Part shown: in pieces, positions 11,856 to 25,877 of the stretch
How the letters are laid out: every line of letters starts with the position of its first letter
How positions within the stretch are numbered: position 1 is the first letter of the stretch
DNA from: Felis catus
Lineage: Eukaryota
NCBI RefSeq assembly: GCF_018350175.1
Contig: NC_058368.1
Location: 188,854,001-188,918,000, forward strand
DNA length: 64,000 bases
Direction of reading: 5' to 3'
Made by a program: the position numbers and the translations under genes
Notes under the pieces: generated by a model
Databases searched by the model: none
What the model was told of the DNA's origin: nothing
The model's input: the letters and a program-made list of their open reading frames with translations, nothing else

Positions 11856-13462
11856 GCAGTTGCTGTTGTAGCGGATACCTACCGTTGTGGTATTGTTACA
11901 ACCACAAAAGCTTTGGGGCAGTCACCTTAGAGCTCAGCTTCAGGGGGCCCTCCTTGCTAAGGCATGACAAAGGAGTCAATCAAGGGAGTGGCCAGGGGTA
12001 GGTGGGGACCAGATGGTAGCTGCCTTGTTGGAAAAAACCAAGAGCTGTATACATGCTTCCAGTCTCCAGGCCTCATGCTCAGGTTGCCACCAAATCAGAA
12101 CCACCCAGAGAGCTCTCCCTGATCCCAGGTGACAGACAGTCCTCTTCTCATTGTTTTTTCCTCTTCCGAACTGCCCTTAGTATTAACTAAAATCTGATTT
12201 CATTAGGAAAGAACAAGTAGGAGTAGAAAGTAAAGACACAATGTGGTTTGTTTCTGCAGCCCCACCCCTCTGCCCAGCACCCCAGATCTCTGGGGAGATG
12301 GTCCTGGTACTCCATTCATATATGCCTTTGGATCCAGACATCTTTGTGTAAAATATAAGTCCAGAGGGAAAAACACAAGATCCTCTTCTTAGATAAGAAC
12401 CTGCCAGTTATTCTGGTCCAACGTGACTTTGTGTGAAAAATGCCCTGCAGAGGAAGGGGGAAGCTCCCAAACAGAAGAAGCATGAGACACATCTGGAGGG
12501 AGCCCAGGTCGGGAACCCGAGGGCCTGACCATCTGCCAGAGGGCCAGATGCTGCTGCTGGAAGCCTCTCGCCTTCCGACTTGTCATCTGGGTCCGATGAT
12601 GCCATCCAAAAGAAGGAACACAGAGTGGGAGGGCAATGAGCAATCCATCTTTTCCCACCCACCGTTTTTAATTGTGTGACATGGCCCCGGGGGCGTGGGG
12701 AAGATGATTAAAAAGTTTGGCCACAAAACCACACCTTCATGGAAAAAACCATCCTAAAGCACATGGTTCTGACCACCCAGAATGTATAGAAAATTATTCC
12801 ATTAGGTATCTCTTTCTCATTCTTTGGTTTAAATAGAAGGGACGAAGAGGTTTAGCTGTGTCGTTGTCAGTGGGAACTGCCCTCTTCTGTCAACTTGGGA
12901 GTGTACTGAGTTTCTAACCAATTGCATTGGTGGTTACATTATAGGATTTTCCGCATTGCAAGAGTTCTTCCTATTAATAGCTTTGGTGTCTGATTTTGGC
13001 CAAAGTAGATCATTGGGATTCAGAGGGACATCCTCTTCTTTTTCCATTGCAGAAGCAATCAAGAGTCTGTGCATACGGCTCTCATAAAAGGAAAATGATC
13101 AAAATCACACACACAAAAAGGACTATTAAATTCCAGATGAGATTACTGCTCTATGTGATTCCCACCATTCAGGAATGTCTTTCTGCCTCAGAATTTCTCA
13201 CTGACAGACTTACACAAGCAACATTGTAAACATAGTAGGATTATCTTTTACCCTGTCATGAGTATTTTATGTTAAATCCATAGGTATCTATGACAGTTTT
13301 GGCCATGGCATGTTTTCAGTGCCAGGAAATGGTTGTGTATTATATTTTTATTTTGGTATATGTGGTGTAATTCCCGAAGAGTTGCAGAATTTTTTGGGTG
13401 TATGCAAGACAGAAATTGTTTTAATTTTAAAGGGGCACCTGTTGTGATAGTTTAACACACAA

Positions 13463-13682
13463 TTTTTTTTTAATTTCTTTTAACGTTTATTTATTTTTGA
13501 GACAGAGAGAGACAGAGCATGAACGGGGGAGGGTCAGAGAGAGGGAGACACAGAATCTGAAACAGGCTCCAGGTTCTGAACTGTCAGCACAGAGCCCGAC
13601 GCGGGGCTCGAACTCACGGACTGCAAGATCATGACCTGAGCCGAAGTCAGACGCTTAACCGACTGAGCCACCCAGGCGCCCC
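13463..13682 (-). mobile_element. Can-SINE (felid SINEC_Fc-type)
   Basis: T-tail, aacgtttatttatttttgagacagagagagac...gagccacccaggcgcccc. Confidence 0.97.
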
Positions 13683-14889
13683 TATAATTTTTAATCTCAC
13701 ATAATTATCAAGACATGTGATTATTTAACTCCAGAATTGAGACATTATCTGTATTTAGCAATATTGGGAGAATGCTGTATGTCTAAAATCTTAGGCTGCT
13801 GCTAGTTCTGTGTTCATTAGGAGAATGGCCGGGGCATTGTATGCCGAAACTTTGTTGTCACTATTGAATGCAAGCAGGTTGAGGTGCCACTGTGGAGAGG
13901 GCCATTTGAAGCTTCATCTCAAGAGTTTCATATTCGCGGGGCTGGTAGTATCACCAGATAGTCTCTCACTGCCCTGAGATGTGGGTCCTTCTAAAGCTTC
14001 ATTGTTATAGTGTGCAGTAACTTCTCCCCTTTGGATTTGCTTCTGCAACTCTGGTTCTTGAGGAACAAAAAAAAAAAAAAAACCACAAAAATAAAAAAAA
14101 AAAACACAAAGCAAACAAACAAACAAAAAAACCCACTGCTTAGTGTGGGAATGCAGCCCCACTGAATGCAGTATGACCAATGGAAAGTCTGAGGTTTTAA
14201 AAAGAGCAGAAGTGGGGAAAATGAAACTGTGATGTCCATTTATACTCAGCATGGTCTTCTCTACTTTTAAGGCTGGCAAATATTCCAGTTAGAAAAACCT
14301 CCCATATCGGGTAGTTTGAAAACATAAAAGCTACAGTGTGAATATTAAAAGAAATATCCTATTGTAAGAGGAGTGCAAGTACCTTAAGGCCCAGTGGTGG
14401 AAAGAACTTCTGATTCTGGTTGGTGATTCATCTCATATGCTTCAAGGACTTGGGTACATTTGCGTACAATGAGTAATTTCTGAGAAAGTATAGTGAGAGG
14501 GAGGAACTTTTCTGCCAGCGTCAGAAATTTTTAAGTCTGATGTCAAATGTTTAGTAATGATGTGGAACAGTTCCTGATGCAAATGTTGATAAAAGGAGAG
14601 CACCTAGAGATTTAAAAAAAAAACCCACACAAAACAAAACAAAACAAAAAAACAAACAAAAAAAGAGGCTATTCATATCTAAAATGAATGTCTCTGGTGT
14701 TCAGTAGCTTATTATATACTTTATATATGATAACACTATTTTTGATACTTTTTTTTTTATTTCGAAGACCAAGGGTAAACTTAAAATTCATGACCCTTAA
14801 ATAGCAAGGGATTAGAGTCTTCTGAGGAACTGAACTCTGACAAAATATTCCCTTTCACACAGTTTTAGAATTGGCACTGACCTTAAAAT

Positions 14890-15200
14890 CACAAATAGTA
14901 ATAGGTAGTGTTTGTCAATCACTCTGGACACTTTGTCACCTTCTGTGAGTTGTCTCATTTTTTCCCCTCTGCACTCCAGTGGGGGAACTATTAATATCCC
15001 CATGTTCCACTGCTGAATCTCACACCACTCTTTACTGCTTCAGACAAGACATCATTCTTCTTTCCCAAGCTAATCATCTTGTAAGAGGAAAGTGAAAGTG
15101 ACTTGGCCAAACCAATCGTGGAGACTGTGGCAGATCTTGAACTGGAAGCTAAGTCCTGCGGCTCTAGCCAGTGCTCTTTGCGACACTGGATGCTGGCTCT
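14890..15200 (-). mobile_element. MIR SINE fragments
   Basis: actattaatatccccatgtt...aagtgacttggccaaac...gtggcagatcttgaactggaa. Confidence 0.6.
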
Positions 15201-15384
15201 TCTGAAATTTTGTTGCACGTGATTAGCATCATCAATTCAAGCAGTTTGTTTATGAATTTTATGTGTATATTAGCTCTTCTCTTGAACTGGATAAGAACAA
15301 GAACAATTTTACTTGGCCCACGGTAGTACTGAGTGGCTAATAGACTGTTAATAAATACAAACTGACTTCTCAAAATGACTCTAG

Positions 15385-15485
15385 AGTTAAATGTGCCTTG
15401 GGCTAAAGTCAAGAGGCCCACATTCTAGCCCTACCTCCATTGCTGCCTGGTTATATGACCTTGGCACATCTTTGAAACTCTAGTT
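15385..15485 (+). mobile_element. MIR 5' fragment
   Basis: ttctagccctacctcc...tatatgaccttggcac. Confidence 0.5.
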
Positions 15486-15739
15486 GAGCCACCTAGATAG
15501 GTTGGGTAGAGGGGAGACATCCAGGTTTCTCCTGATCTCAAAAGGAGAGAAATCAGATATCAAAAGTGAAAAACGTTTTTTTTTTTTCCTACAAAAAGTT
15601 TTCAAAAGCTCATTAGAGTCATTTTGGCTAACAGAGACAATTTTGATGGAGCAATGAAAGAAGATGGTGAGATTATGGAAAACAAAGCAACCATCCATGT
15701 GAACATACCCTATATATGCAAACATATGAACAAGATCAG

Positions 15740-15965
15740 AGAAACAAGAACTTTGAAATTGTACAGTTTAAGTCCCAGATTCTGGCAGTTAGTTGTGTGA
15801 TCTTGAGCAAACTCTTCAAGCTTCTTAAGCTTTGGTTTCTTCATCAGGAAATTGTGGATAATAACACTTCCTGAAAACAAGATTAAATGAGAGAATTATG
15901 AAAAACAACCAACACATTGCACATTATGAGTCTTCAGAAATTGTAGCTATAACTATTACTATTGA
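15740..15965 (+). mobile_element. MIR SINE
   Basis: agttgtgtgatcttgagcaaac...gtttcttcatc...gattaaatgaga. Confidence 0.8.
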
Positions 15966-16754
15966 CGGTGATGTGTATGAAGACTAAGGGATACAATAAA
16001 ATATGGGGCAGAGCTCCTGTCCTCTGGATATTTACTGTCTAATCTGAATAGATAAAGAAAGAAGCCCAACCTACTTAATATAGAAAATACTACTGAACAG
16101 TAGATAAATGAATATTCTGTGATCTGATCTCCACAGAGGATAGTATCATGGCCCTCGAAAGTTCTTTATCAAGTGATTAAGGAATATTTTATTTTAATTG
16201 CAAGTGATTTGGAGCTTGCCTTTTGTGAAGGGTGAACAATTCATATTATTGTTTTTTTTATTGTCTTTGTGTTTAAAAGATCTTTCTTTATTCAACCTTC
16301 CTTTGCCCTTAATTTTTCTTTTACTTGTCTGTTGTGTAGAATAATTTGGAATTTCTCCCTTTTTCCCCATATTCTTTGAAATTCCTCCTCTTCTTTGCCT
16401 TTCTCTTTCTTTTTTTCTGTATGGTGAACACATTTCAGAAGAAGAAATGTTTGTATGTGTCAATAGTTCCAAATGTATAATGTGGCTGATCTCGGGAGGA
16501 TTATTTTTAGAACTTGGAAGTTGCATGTCAACAGCTGGTTGGGGAACTCAAACTTCAGATATGTTTACAGACTGGGAGAGATTTCCACCTCTGTCTCAAG
16601 GGATCCAGGTTATAGGTTGGGTAGATCAAACTAGTAGGCTTCAGAATCTCCCTTGGCAAGGTCAGTCCTCCCTATTCAGATTGCTTACTTGTACCCTCTC
16701 AGGAAATATCTTATTTATTAATGGTCTCCCACTAGAATGACAGCATTGTCTTCA

Positions 16755-16946
16755 GTCCCTGACCTGGGCAGGTGACTTCCCTTTTTTAAACCTCAATTCT
16801 TCTTATCTGCAGATTAAGCATAATACTAGGGATTGTCAGGAGTGTTAAGTGAGATAATGCATGTCAAATGCTTAGGGTACATAGGAAGCATTCAGTAAAT
16901 GTTAACTAAGGTGATTGTTAATTTATTATTATTATTATTATTATTA
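16755..16946 (+). mobile_element. MIR SINE with (ATT)n tail
   Basis: tgacctgggcaggtgactt...ttaagtgagataatgcatgtcaaatgcttag...cattcagtaaatgtt followed by (att)n. Confidence 0.85.
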
Positions 16947-17129
16947 CAAACACTCCCAAATATTATTTTTTTAATGCTTTTGAATACATTCAAACTGCCG
17001 TGCAGAGTATTTTGCTCATAGTGAGTGCTTAGTGAATAATGCTGGTGACCAATGTTTTCTACTGACATCTGACTTGTTGATGGTTAGAGTCCTATAAAGA
17101 AAAATGATAATCCATTCTCTTCAATGGGC

Positions 17130-17362
17130 AAATGAGAGAATTTGGATGAGATTCTCATAGATTGAAATAGATTTTGGTATTCATTATAATCTGCTTATTC
17201 CATTTAATGTGCTTATTCATACATTTCAGTGATGGAGTACTACATAATATGCAGTATGTGGGGTATATGTGTCTATTGCCTTTCTAAAATCTAAAGAAGT
17301 CTGAATTGTGAGACATATCTCATTCCATAAAGTGTTCAGATGAGAAATTGTGTACTCAGAGA
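17130..17362 (-). mobile_element. MER46C/Tigger-like DNA transposon fragment
   Basis: Reverse complement contains aattcagacttctttagattttagaaaggcaatag...catatac...aaatgtatgaataagcacattaaatgg, resembling recalled MER46C. Confidence 0.6.
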
Positions 17363-19468
17363 TGTGGAGGAATTTGTACTTTATAATGCTTTCAGGTACA
17401 GGAGCCCACATGATTGAGCACAAGTCTATCGATGTTGGTAGGGCAGGTGGGAGCTCTGTTTTACACACAAGTTAGATGACCTGCCCCTCTGACCCAGTAA
17501 ATGGCTGAGTGCCCATGTTCTTCCTACCACACTCTCCACTCTCCTCGGAGATGTTGAAAGAACAACTAATCCTGCCAGTACAGTAATACCATGGTGGAGG
17601 TGATATTGAGTTTGGGCTTTGAAGGATGGGCCACTCTCTAGATGCCATAAATAACTATAGACAGGGAGGCATGGATTCTTTTGCCTTGGGACCTTCTTAG
17701 TATCGTGGAGAATAATCTACCTCTTGACTTAACTCGGGATTCTTTCAAGAAGTATGAGCAAAAAAGGGGAGACAAAGTCAACCTGAGAAGGATAAAGACA
17801 CATTTAGATATTAGGAGAATTTTGCTCTTCAAGTCTCTGCCCTTTATTTTCTTCCATTTGTGAATCTAGATGATTTTCAATGACTGAGGAAAAAAATTAA
17901 ATACCTTTTTCTAAACATAAACTTGGAAAAAAAAGAACAGAAGTCAGATACATACCCTTGCAGCATTATATTTTTTTGCTTCAGAATTATATGGGGAAGC
18001 TTAAATTATTTCTTTATGCGATAAATACTCTTGAGGACCCTGCCACTTCTGCTGGGAACTTGGAAGTTGCAGTTTTGATGGCAAGTAAATTTTTTATTAA
18101 CGACTTTTTTTTTCTTTGGTCATTTGCAGGACTTTTAGTATTTTGGCTTAAAACCCATTTTAAATCAAGCTTCTTAATTCCTCCCTTTTTTTTAAATGAC
18201 ATGCACTTCAATCATTTAAAATGTTTTAATAGAGCTCTTTGAAGAACACCATATCTCTGCAACATTTCGTGGGTAATACTGTCCTACACCTGGAACACAA
18301 GCCCCATTCTGAAACCGTAATTTGGTCCCTGAAGAGCCCTTCGGCCTCTGTCCTGCTGCCCGCCCTGGCTGAACTGTCTAGGAATAAAGCCCAAGATAAA
18401 TGGGCCTAGATTTATGCAGAGTAATTGAAAGCCTCCTGCCTATTCTTGTCTTTCTTATGGTGAATATACTCGGAAATTCATTTTAAGTCCGAAGCATTCT
18501 TTGAACACCTGATTTTGTGATTTTTGTTTTCTTCCTTCCCTTTGTTGAACCTTTATTAGAACACTGACGAACCTTGGCCTCTGCAAAGGATTAAATGAGC
18601 AGATTCTTCAACTCATAAATCTAAAGACATATTAAAAGCAAGAAAAAGGGATTTCCCCAGTGTTTTGGGGGGATTTATAAGTGCCAAAGGCTAAACAACT
18701 TACAAGAGAAGTAAGATTGCTCCCTTTTCCAACCTGGACATGTTCTAATATTGTGACACGGCGTAGAATTAAGCTGGCTTACTAAGTAGAAACATGTAAC
18801 ATAATTGAAAATGCACAATACAGAGAGGAGTTCTCAATACAGCAATGTCCTGTTGTAAAGATTACACTGATTTATAAGGAATGCCTTAACTCCTAATCCC
18901 AGCCATGCAAGACCACAGAGTCAACGTGAATCTTTTATAACCAGGGAAAGAGAAAAAGGCTTAATAATATATATTCCTAAAATTGAATATAAATTTGGAA
19001 TTGGTGGTTGAACAGGCCATTCATTTCCCTTAAAACAATGTAGCAATGAAAACATTTTTATTACATTTTGACATGTGGATTTTCAAAGAAGTTCAGGCAT
19101 TCTCTATTTCAGAAATGATGGGTATAGCCAAATCATGGAAGGGTAATGAAAATGAATGGTGTGTGGGGGAGAAGAATAGATATTGTGGGATATAAACTGT
19201 TTAGAAAAGATCAGCAAAGAAGAAAAGTGTCAGGCTGGTGGAAATAAAACCAAAGGAATAACCTTACGTATAAAGTAAGGGTTAGAAAAAAAATTAAGGT
19301 AAAAGGGGACCTTGGAATAAATGCTGAAGGAGCAAAAGCATTATGGCTTGAAATCAAGGATAATAAAGAATAGAAATTGAGTGCACCAATTTTTTTTTTG
19401 TTGTTGTTGTAAAGCATCTCATGAGTAAAAGTCACATCCTAAGGTCTGATTAGAATAGGGAATTTTAA

Positions 19469-19672
19469 TGTTTTTTAACGTTTTTATTCATTTTTGAGAG
19501 ACAGAGAGAGACAAAAGTATAAACACGGGAGAGGCAGAGAGAGAGGGAGACAAAGAATCCAAAGCAGGCTACAGGCTCTGAGCTGTCAGCACAGAGCCCA
19601 ACCCCACGAACCATAAGATCATTACCTGAGTCAAAGTTGGATGCTTAACTGACTGAGCCACCCAGATGTCCC
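19469..19672 (-). mobile_element. Can-SINE, older, with an internal deletion of about 12 bp in the B-box region
   Basis: CpG-decayed copy; TSD gaataRggaattttaa at 19453-19468 and 19675-19690. Confidence 0.95.
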
Positions 19673-19891
19673 TGGAATAAGGAATTTTAAAGCTTACTTA
19701 TGCACCAAAGAAACAGCCGTAGACCCTGGCCAAGTTCCAAGTGGTCTGTTAGTCCTTTCACTGCAACTTTTCTCCTTCTTACCTGTGAAATGGGAGAACA
19801 ATATTTAGAACACATGCTGCATTAGACGGTATATAGGTGGAAGAAGGAAATATTGTGGAGCAAAATGTGAAACTTACTAGAAAAATTATAA

Positions 19892-19892
<1 letters not shown>

Positions 19893-19923
<31 letters not shown>
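19893..19923. repeat. (TG)15 microsatellite
   Basis: Direct read. Confidence 0.95.
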
Positions 19924-19925
<2 letters not shown>

Positions 19926-20277
19926 GAATAAAATGGGAAGAAAGCTCTTTCGAAGATAATATTCCCTGGTATGTTACACAATCAGAATAATTGTGATGAA
20001 ATCAACATAAGCTATGTTGACTATATATACAGAACAAGGTAGCTTTTGATTGAACAATAACCAGCTGGAAAAAGTATATATATACTATATATGTACATAT
20101 ATAGCCAGTGTTGACTGATCTTTGCTTCATTTGTTTTCCAATGAGATGAAAGAAATGAAAAATGAAATCCCCCCAAATTTCCTAGTCCATAGGAATTGCA
20201 AAGCTGTGGAATTACAGAGAGTTGAATATTCAAGGTGTTGCCGAAGAGAATTTACTAAGCCACGAGTAGGTAATTAC

Positions 20278-20435
20278 TGTGTGTGTGTGTGTGTGTGTGT
20301 GTACAGATACATACACATTAACACACACACATACAAACACATATAAAATACTTATGTATTTATACACGTGTGCACACATAGAAACACCTATATACATGTA
20401 TACAAACACATACACATGTATGGGCACGCACACAC
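20278..20435. repeat. (TG)12 followed by a degenerate (CA/TA)n tract
   Basis: Direct read; mostly alternating purine-pyrimidine. Confidence 0.9.
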
Positions 20436-20801
20436 TGTTTAGCTGGTTCTAAGAAGGAAAAATATCAGAAATAAAGATTAGTCCAAAGTTCAGACCTAGG
20501 AAAGTGGTGGTTCTGACAATGGCAAAGCTTTAGCACTGGGTTTGCTTTGATTCCTAAGGAAATAACAGGGAAATGCTGCTTGAGAAATTTATTTTTTGCT
20601 TGCAAAGAAGTGAGCATTAGGGGAAAAATACACATACATATCAATAAGAAGGGAAACGGATTTTGCTATCTCAAGAGAAGGATGAGCTCCTTCCCACAGT
20701 TACAGAGATGCAATTCCTATTGAAATCAATTTTAATTGTACTAAGTTTTCTAACTTCAGAAGTTGGCAAAATATAAGAATGGTGTCTTAAAGCCAAAATA
20801 T

Positions 20802-21016
20802 GGGGTGCCTGGGTGGCTCAGTCGGTTAAGTGTCCGACTTCGGATCAGGTCATGATCTCACGGTCCGTGAGTTTGAGGCCTGCGTCGGGCTCTGTGCTGA
20901 CCGCTCAGAGCCTGGAGTCTGTTTCAGATTCTGTGTCTCCCTCTCTCTCTGACCCTCCTCCGTTCATGCTTTGTCTCTCTCTGTCTCAAAAATAAATAAA
21001 CGTTAAAAAAAATAAA
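20802..21016 (+). mobile_element. Can-SINE (felid SINEC_Fc-type)
   Basis: ggggtgcctgggtggctcagtcggttaag...aaataaacgttaaaa; TSD ttaaagccaaaata at 20787-20800 and 21017-21030. Confidence 0.97.
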
Positions 21017-22279
21017 TTAAAGCCAAAATAAAGCAGTAGAAAGAGGGTGACATGGGGGTTAAAAAAATGCCACTCTGGTCCCTCAAATCAGAAGCCATTG
21101 TTGTACTCAAACAAAAACAAACCCGAACCCAAAACTGTGTGTGCAGTGGGAAATTATGAACTTTAGTGTCCTCTGACTTTAGAGTAGCTTGAAAAAGAGA
21201 CTAATGTACTAGTCTCTTTGGAGGATTAGCCAAACAAACTAAATTCTGTCTTGTGCTCAAGATTCAAGGTGTTTTACTTGTCCTTAATGGTTCAGGCAGG
21301 GGGAAGAAACCTAATAGTGGCCCTTTGAGTGCTAAAATAAGATAGACACCAGTCCAGGATGCAGGGAAAGAACACGAGGACTAAGTGGCAGTAAATCATG
21401 TCATGAAGACTTGCCTAGAAGGAGGGCAGAACTAATGCCATCAAAGCTTATTAAGTTTTATTTAAAAATGTTAAATAGAAACCCTTCAAGAGTGATCCAT
21501 CCCCAAGTCAAGAGAAAATGGCATGACCTCAGCTTTAGAATATAAAACTCGTCTATTTGATATCAGGCTTAGCAACAGGGTGATGGGGCAAGAGGAGGGA
21601 CTAAAAACAGTGGCAGCAGACAATATGAAAAGTATAAATAGAAGTATTGAAAATATAGTAACCTGGAGGAAATTACTGTAATGCTACTTTCTGTTCTCGT
21701 CTCCATTTGCAACAATGAGAAAGAAACAGTGACTAAAGTATGCAAGATAATGCTATGGGAGTCCCATGATTTAGAGAGGGAAAAGGTCTGTGTCTTTTGA
21801 AAAGAAAAATGAAAAACTAATAGGAGCCTGTTGAGAAGTTTGCATGGTTTTGAGAGGCCTGTAGAAGTAAGTGGCTGATGGCTATTTGCTTAGATGTCAA
21901 ATACGAGGAGAACGGCTTTTAAATGAACAAATAAGGATGATCTCTGACTTACTTTGTAGGAAAGCATAATTACTACATTGAATAAAGGCCTTGTGGCCAG
22001 AACAGCAGGGATTAGTTTAAGAATCAGATAAGTATAACATTTAGGAAGAAATCCAGTATTGTTCCATCCCTTATAATATTCCGTGTATGAGAATTTTTGC
22101 TTTGCGAAGGTTTTTTTTTTTTTTTGCATCTAACACATATATTTTCATTCTATCCTTTTCATAGCAATCTGAGAGATTAGAAGGGTAATATTGTATCCAA
22201 TTAAAAGGAGACGAAGAGTGGAAAAATTGAGTAGAGATCGAGATTTTTTCCTTGGTTCTGCCAATAGCTCCTTTCGTCT

Positions 22280-22382
22280 TTTCACAAATTCCCTTAATCC
22301 ATCTAGGTCTCAAATTTGCAAAATGGGTATTGTTTGAGCAAATAGTTTATGAGGCCTTTTAACTCTAAATTCTAGGAATCTT
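22280..22382 (+). mobile_element. MIR3-like fragment
   Basis: aaattcccttaa...gcaaaatggg...gaggccttttaactctaaattctagga. Confidence 0.5.
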
Positions 22383-25300
22383 TGGTTGTCACGTTTCACT
22401 GATGAATTGGGGATGGCAGAGTTTAAAATTGTATTCTTTTGGCTCAATATCATAATTGCCTTGGATGCATTTAGTCTCAGGCTTTTTACTCATCTTTGCC
22501 AACATCTTTGAGGGATACCCCTGCCTGCTGGTCCTATATACAACATGAGGCAGTAGAGAAATTGCTGGAAGTTGGACAAATTCATTTTAAAATTTTAACC
22601 TCAAGAAATCAAAGTAGAATGACAATTTGAATCTCTTCAGCTGTTTCAGCTGAAAAGCTAGGCTTAAATACTGTCTTTGTCAGAGTTTTCAAGGGTCCTT
22701 CCTCCCTAGTCATATTCTGTTTGCAAATATTTTTTCCCGTATTTTGATTTAGATTCTAGTGGTTAATCAGAAGGCATTTAATGAGTGCCTTCCATGGGCC
22801 AGATATACTGCGTTAACTGAATTAACATTATGGAATGCTGGCCACTTTCTAAAAGGTGAGGTCTGAAGTTACGGGAAATCAGAGTAGTTTTGGTAATGAT
22901 GCAAACAGATCTGTCTCATTGAGGTACACACTTGGAGAAAAACCCTAATACAATTAGTGGGAATTTGATGACTAAAGACATTGGTGAGATGAGGGGAGGA
23001 AAGGAAGGTCATTATTCAATGAATTGGTGGAAGAAATAAAAGAAAATTCTATTTGTGTTAATTAGAAGGGCACATCTATTGTAGAGGAAGTACCAGGAGG
23101 AAAATCTGGTGGGAAGGTGGAAAGAAAGAAGGAGGGAGAGAATTAGGTCCATAGGTGGTGGGAGTATCACCACCAGGGTGGCGAGGTCTGAGGTGGTGGA
23201 GGGTGGTGGAGGTCTGAGGAGAATTTTGTTCTGGGAGAGATGTTGAGGGACTAGCATGAATCCACAGATACAAATCCATGTGGAGACAGAAATCAAACCC
23301 TTTTGGTTAATTCGTTTTCTAACTACAGACTCTCCCTTCTATTCAAGATATATCAGTACCCATTCCATAGTTTTTAATATAATTTGCCAATTTTTATTGG
23401 AATCTGATAGAGGTATAAATTTTAAATTGAAAAGATAGAGTCACGGAAAATGTTTTCTGCCAACTCACCAAACACATTTAGCATGTTGGGCATGAAAACT
23501 GTCTATAGTTGTGTAGATTTATTAGCCTTTTGACTATAGACTTGGTCTACATTCTTGCCCCTTAGAAATGTATACAGTTTTCTCTGAGAAGACTTTGGCC
23601 CAGTTACATTTTATTATTAGCCATAATACATACTGGCCATTGTCAATACTCTGATATTTTGATTTTAATCCAGGCATTGATTCCACACTCCGCATACCCA
23701 ACAGGCATACACATACATAAGAAGAAGAAAAAGAAGTGAATTTTTAAGAGCCTCTTATTTCTCTACCAACAGGGAAAAATGGAAAAAGAATTCAGAAGTA
23801 GTAGCTGTCAATATATGCTGCTTTCTGTGGCTCTCTTTCCCGATTAAATAAATCATTTGTAAGGTTTTGATGACGAAAGGGTGTGACTCCTGCTGAGTCC
23901 TCACCTGCCAGCACAAGACCATGCAGTCAGATTTAGAGATTTAACCAGAGAAATCATCCTTTTTTTTCCATTTCCCCGGGAAACAGAGAGCCCAGCAGTG
24001 AGGTTAATCATTTGAATTTTGCAATTGATATTGAGGCAAAACAGAAATAATTCTCCACCTCAGACCCTTGAAATTTGTTGGCAAACATTTTAGAGCTCAA
24101 GGTTAAAACTTTTCTTCCCTTTTGAATCACAAATATGAGGTGCTTTAAATGTATTGTTTCAGAGCCCAATCTCCCAACCAAGTGAATCCTACTAGGCGTT
24201 AGAAAATGGAGTGGAAATCACTTTTCTAGAACACCAGGTTAGAGTGAAAATAAATAGGTGAGCATGAAGGGGGCTTCCAACCACAGAAAAGCTTGTTGAA
24301 GATGAAGGTGGAATCTGCCCATGAGAGCGGTCATTCAAAATGGTAACTCCCCATAGAGTTTTCTTAGTAGTTGTCTGCAAACATTTGTCAAGACGATGAT
24401 CTAATGTATGGCGTACGAAAATTGGGTTAAGAACACTTCTGATCAACCGGCCATTCCAGAGATGAGCATTGGCATAAAATTCCCTCATTCTAGACCCAGG
24501 GACTTTGCAGCAACAGTGTACGTATACTTCAATCAGAATGAGTGTTTCTGAAGAAACTATATAGAAAGTGAAACCTATGTTTAAAATTAGGGCTTTTAAC
24601 CTATGGTAGATTTTGTGGTTTATTTTTAGGATCAAAGATTTTGTATGTCATTAATAATAAAGAAAAAAAGATGTGTCTTTGGCTTGATTGTTACCACTCA
24701 GCAGACTCCTATGTACCTTTTAGTTTTCTTGACCATACTTTTCAAATAAAGTGGTCTTAAAAGTCTAAAATAAAGTTATGAGGAGAACAGAACAGAAGCC
24801 ATTTATTTGCTCAGTCATTAAAAAAAAAGTTTAGTAACCACCAACATGTTTTTTTGCCAGCCTGGATGTAGAAAGAGGTTACATATTTGAGATTGGGATC
24901 TTGGAAAAATCTAGATTTCTACATCTATGACATCCCCTTCTGAAATGTAGTCTCCTGTTGTAAAGAGAATATACCATCCTATCTATGTTTGGTAATTAAA
25001 ACAAATTTTCATTTTCCCAAAGTGGCTATACCTTTGCTTGAATATTGATCTCTTGGTAGTTAAGCAGCTCTGTGTTACATATATATTGGGCCAGGATTAA
25101 ATCTTTTTCTATTTTGGGAAAGAGACAGAAACATTATTTACTTTAAATTAGTCTAAGAGAGATACACGCTCTGGGATTGGAGTTCCCCATGATGAACACT
25201 GCCCTTTATCCCCAAATCCATGCAGAAATGCTTTCATATAGTAAAACATTTATAATCCTTTGGACTCGGATGCACCAAGGCAAAGCAAATGCCCATCCAT

Positions 25301-25877
25301 CTAACTTGGAATGTTATACTTCAGAAATAGCATGGAATTTGTCAGTTATTGATGAGTATTGCTAGAAGACACAGAGTGTCTGGCTTCAGACCAGCCCTTG
25401 ATATGCCAATGCAATGCATGTCAGTTGGGCTTCTAAAATTTGTGGTTTAAGCTGCTGGTCCATACTGCTTTTCCAGTGCGACCCACTGACAACAGAAATA
25501 CCTCAAATTATGACTCTTTTTCTAACAGGCTGCATAGATAACAGCTATATCCTTGTAGGTAATCTGGAAGGCAGGCACTGGTGGCTCGTTTTTAAGGATT
25601 AGGACAGGAGGATTGGGCACAGGCAGCGGCAAACCTTCCCATTCACACTGAGTGTTGCCAGCAAGGCCAGGTTCCTAGGCCTGCTTCCTGTCTTCCTCCT
25701 GCATTAGAGCAACCTCCTTCAAACTGTACTTGGAGTGGGGGCTGGGAAGTCATGGGGAGGGCACAGATGAAGTACTTCAATACATACTTTGCATAGTAGA
25801 CTAGATTCAATCACATTTTTTTTTTTTTTGTGCCAAAGCCAGGAAGAGAAAGATAAAAAAAGATACAGAATATCATG

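Noticed and set aside
20813..20995. Similar short ORFs at 20813, 49769 and 59896 suggesting a gene family
   Set aside because: All are Can-SINE translations.
23155..23220. CTCF-like ccaccagggtggcg and GGT-rich repeats
   Set aside because: Extra base in the core; low-complexity purine-rich context.
24192..24635. 147-aa minus-strand ORF (likewise the 148-169 aa ORFs at 9882, 31222 and 39040)
   Set aside because: No recognisable homology or exon structure; lengths are compatible with chance given alternative starts.
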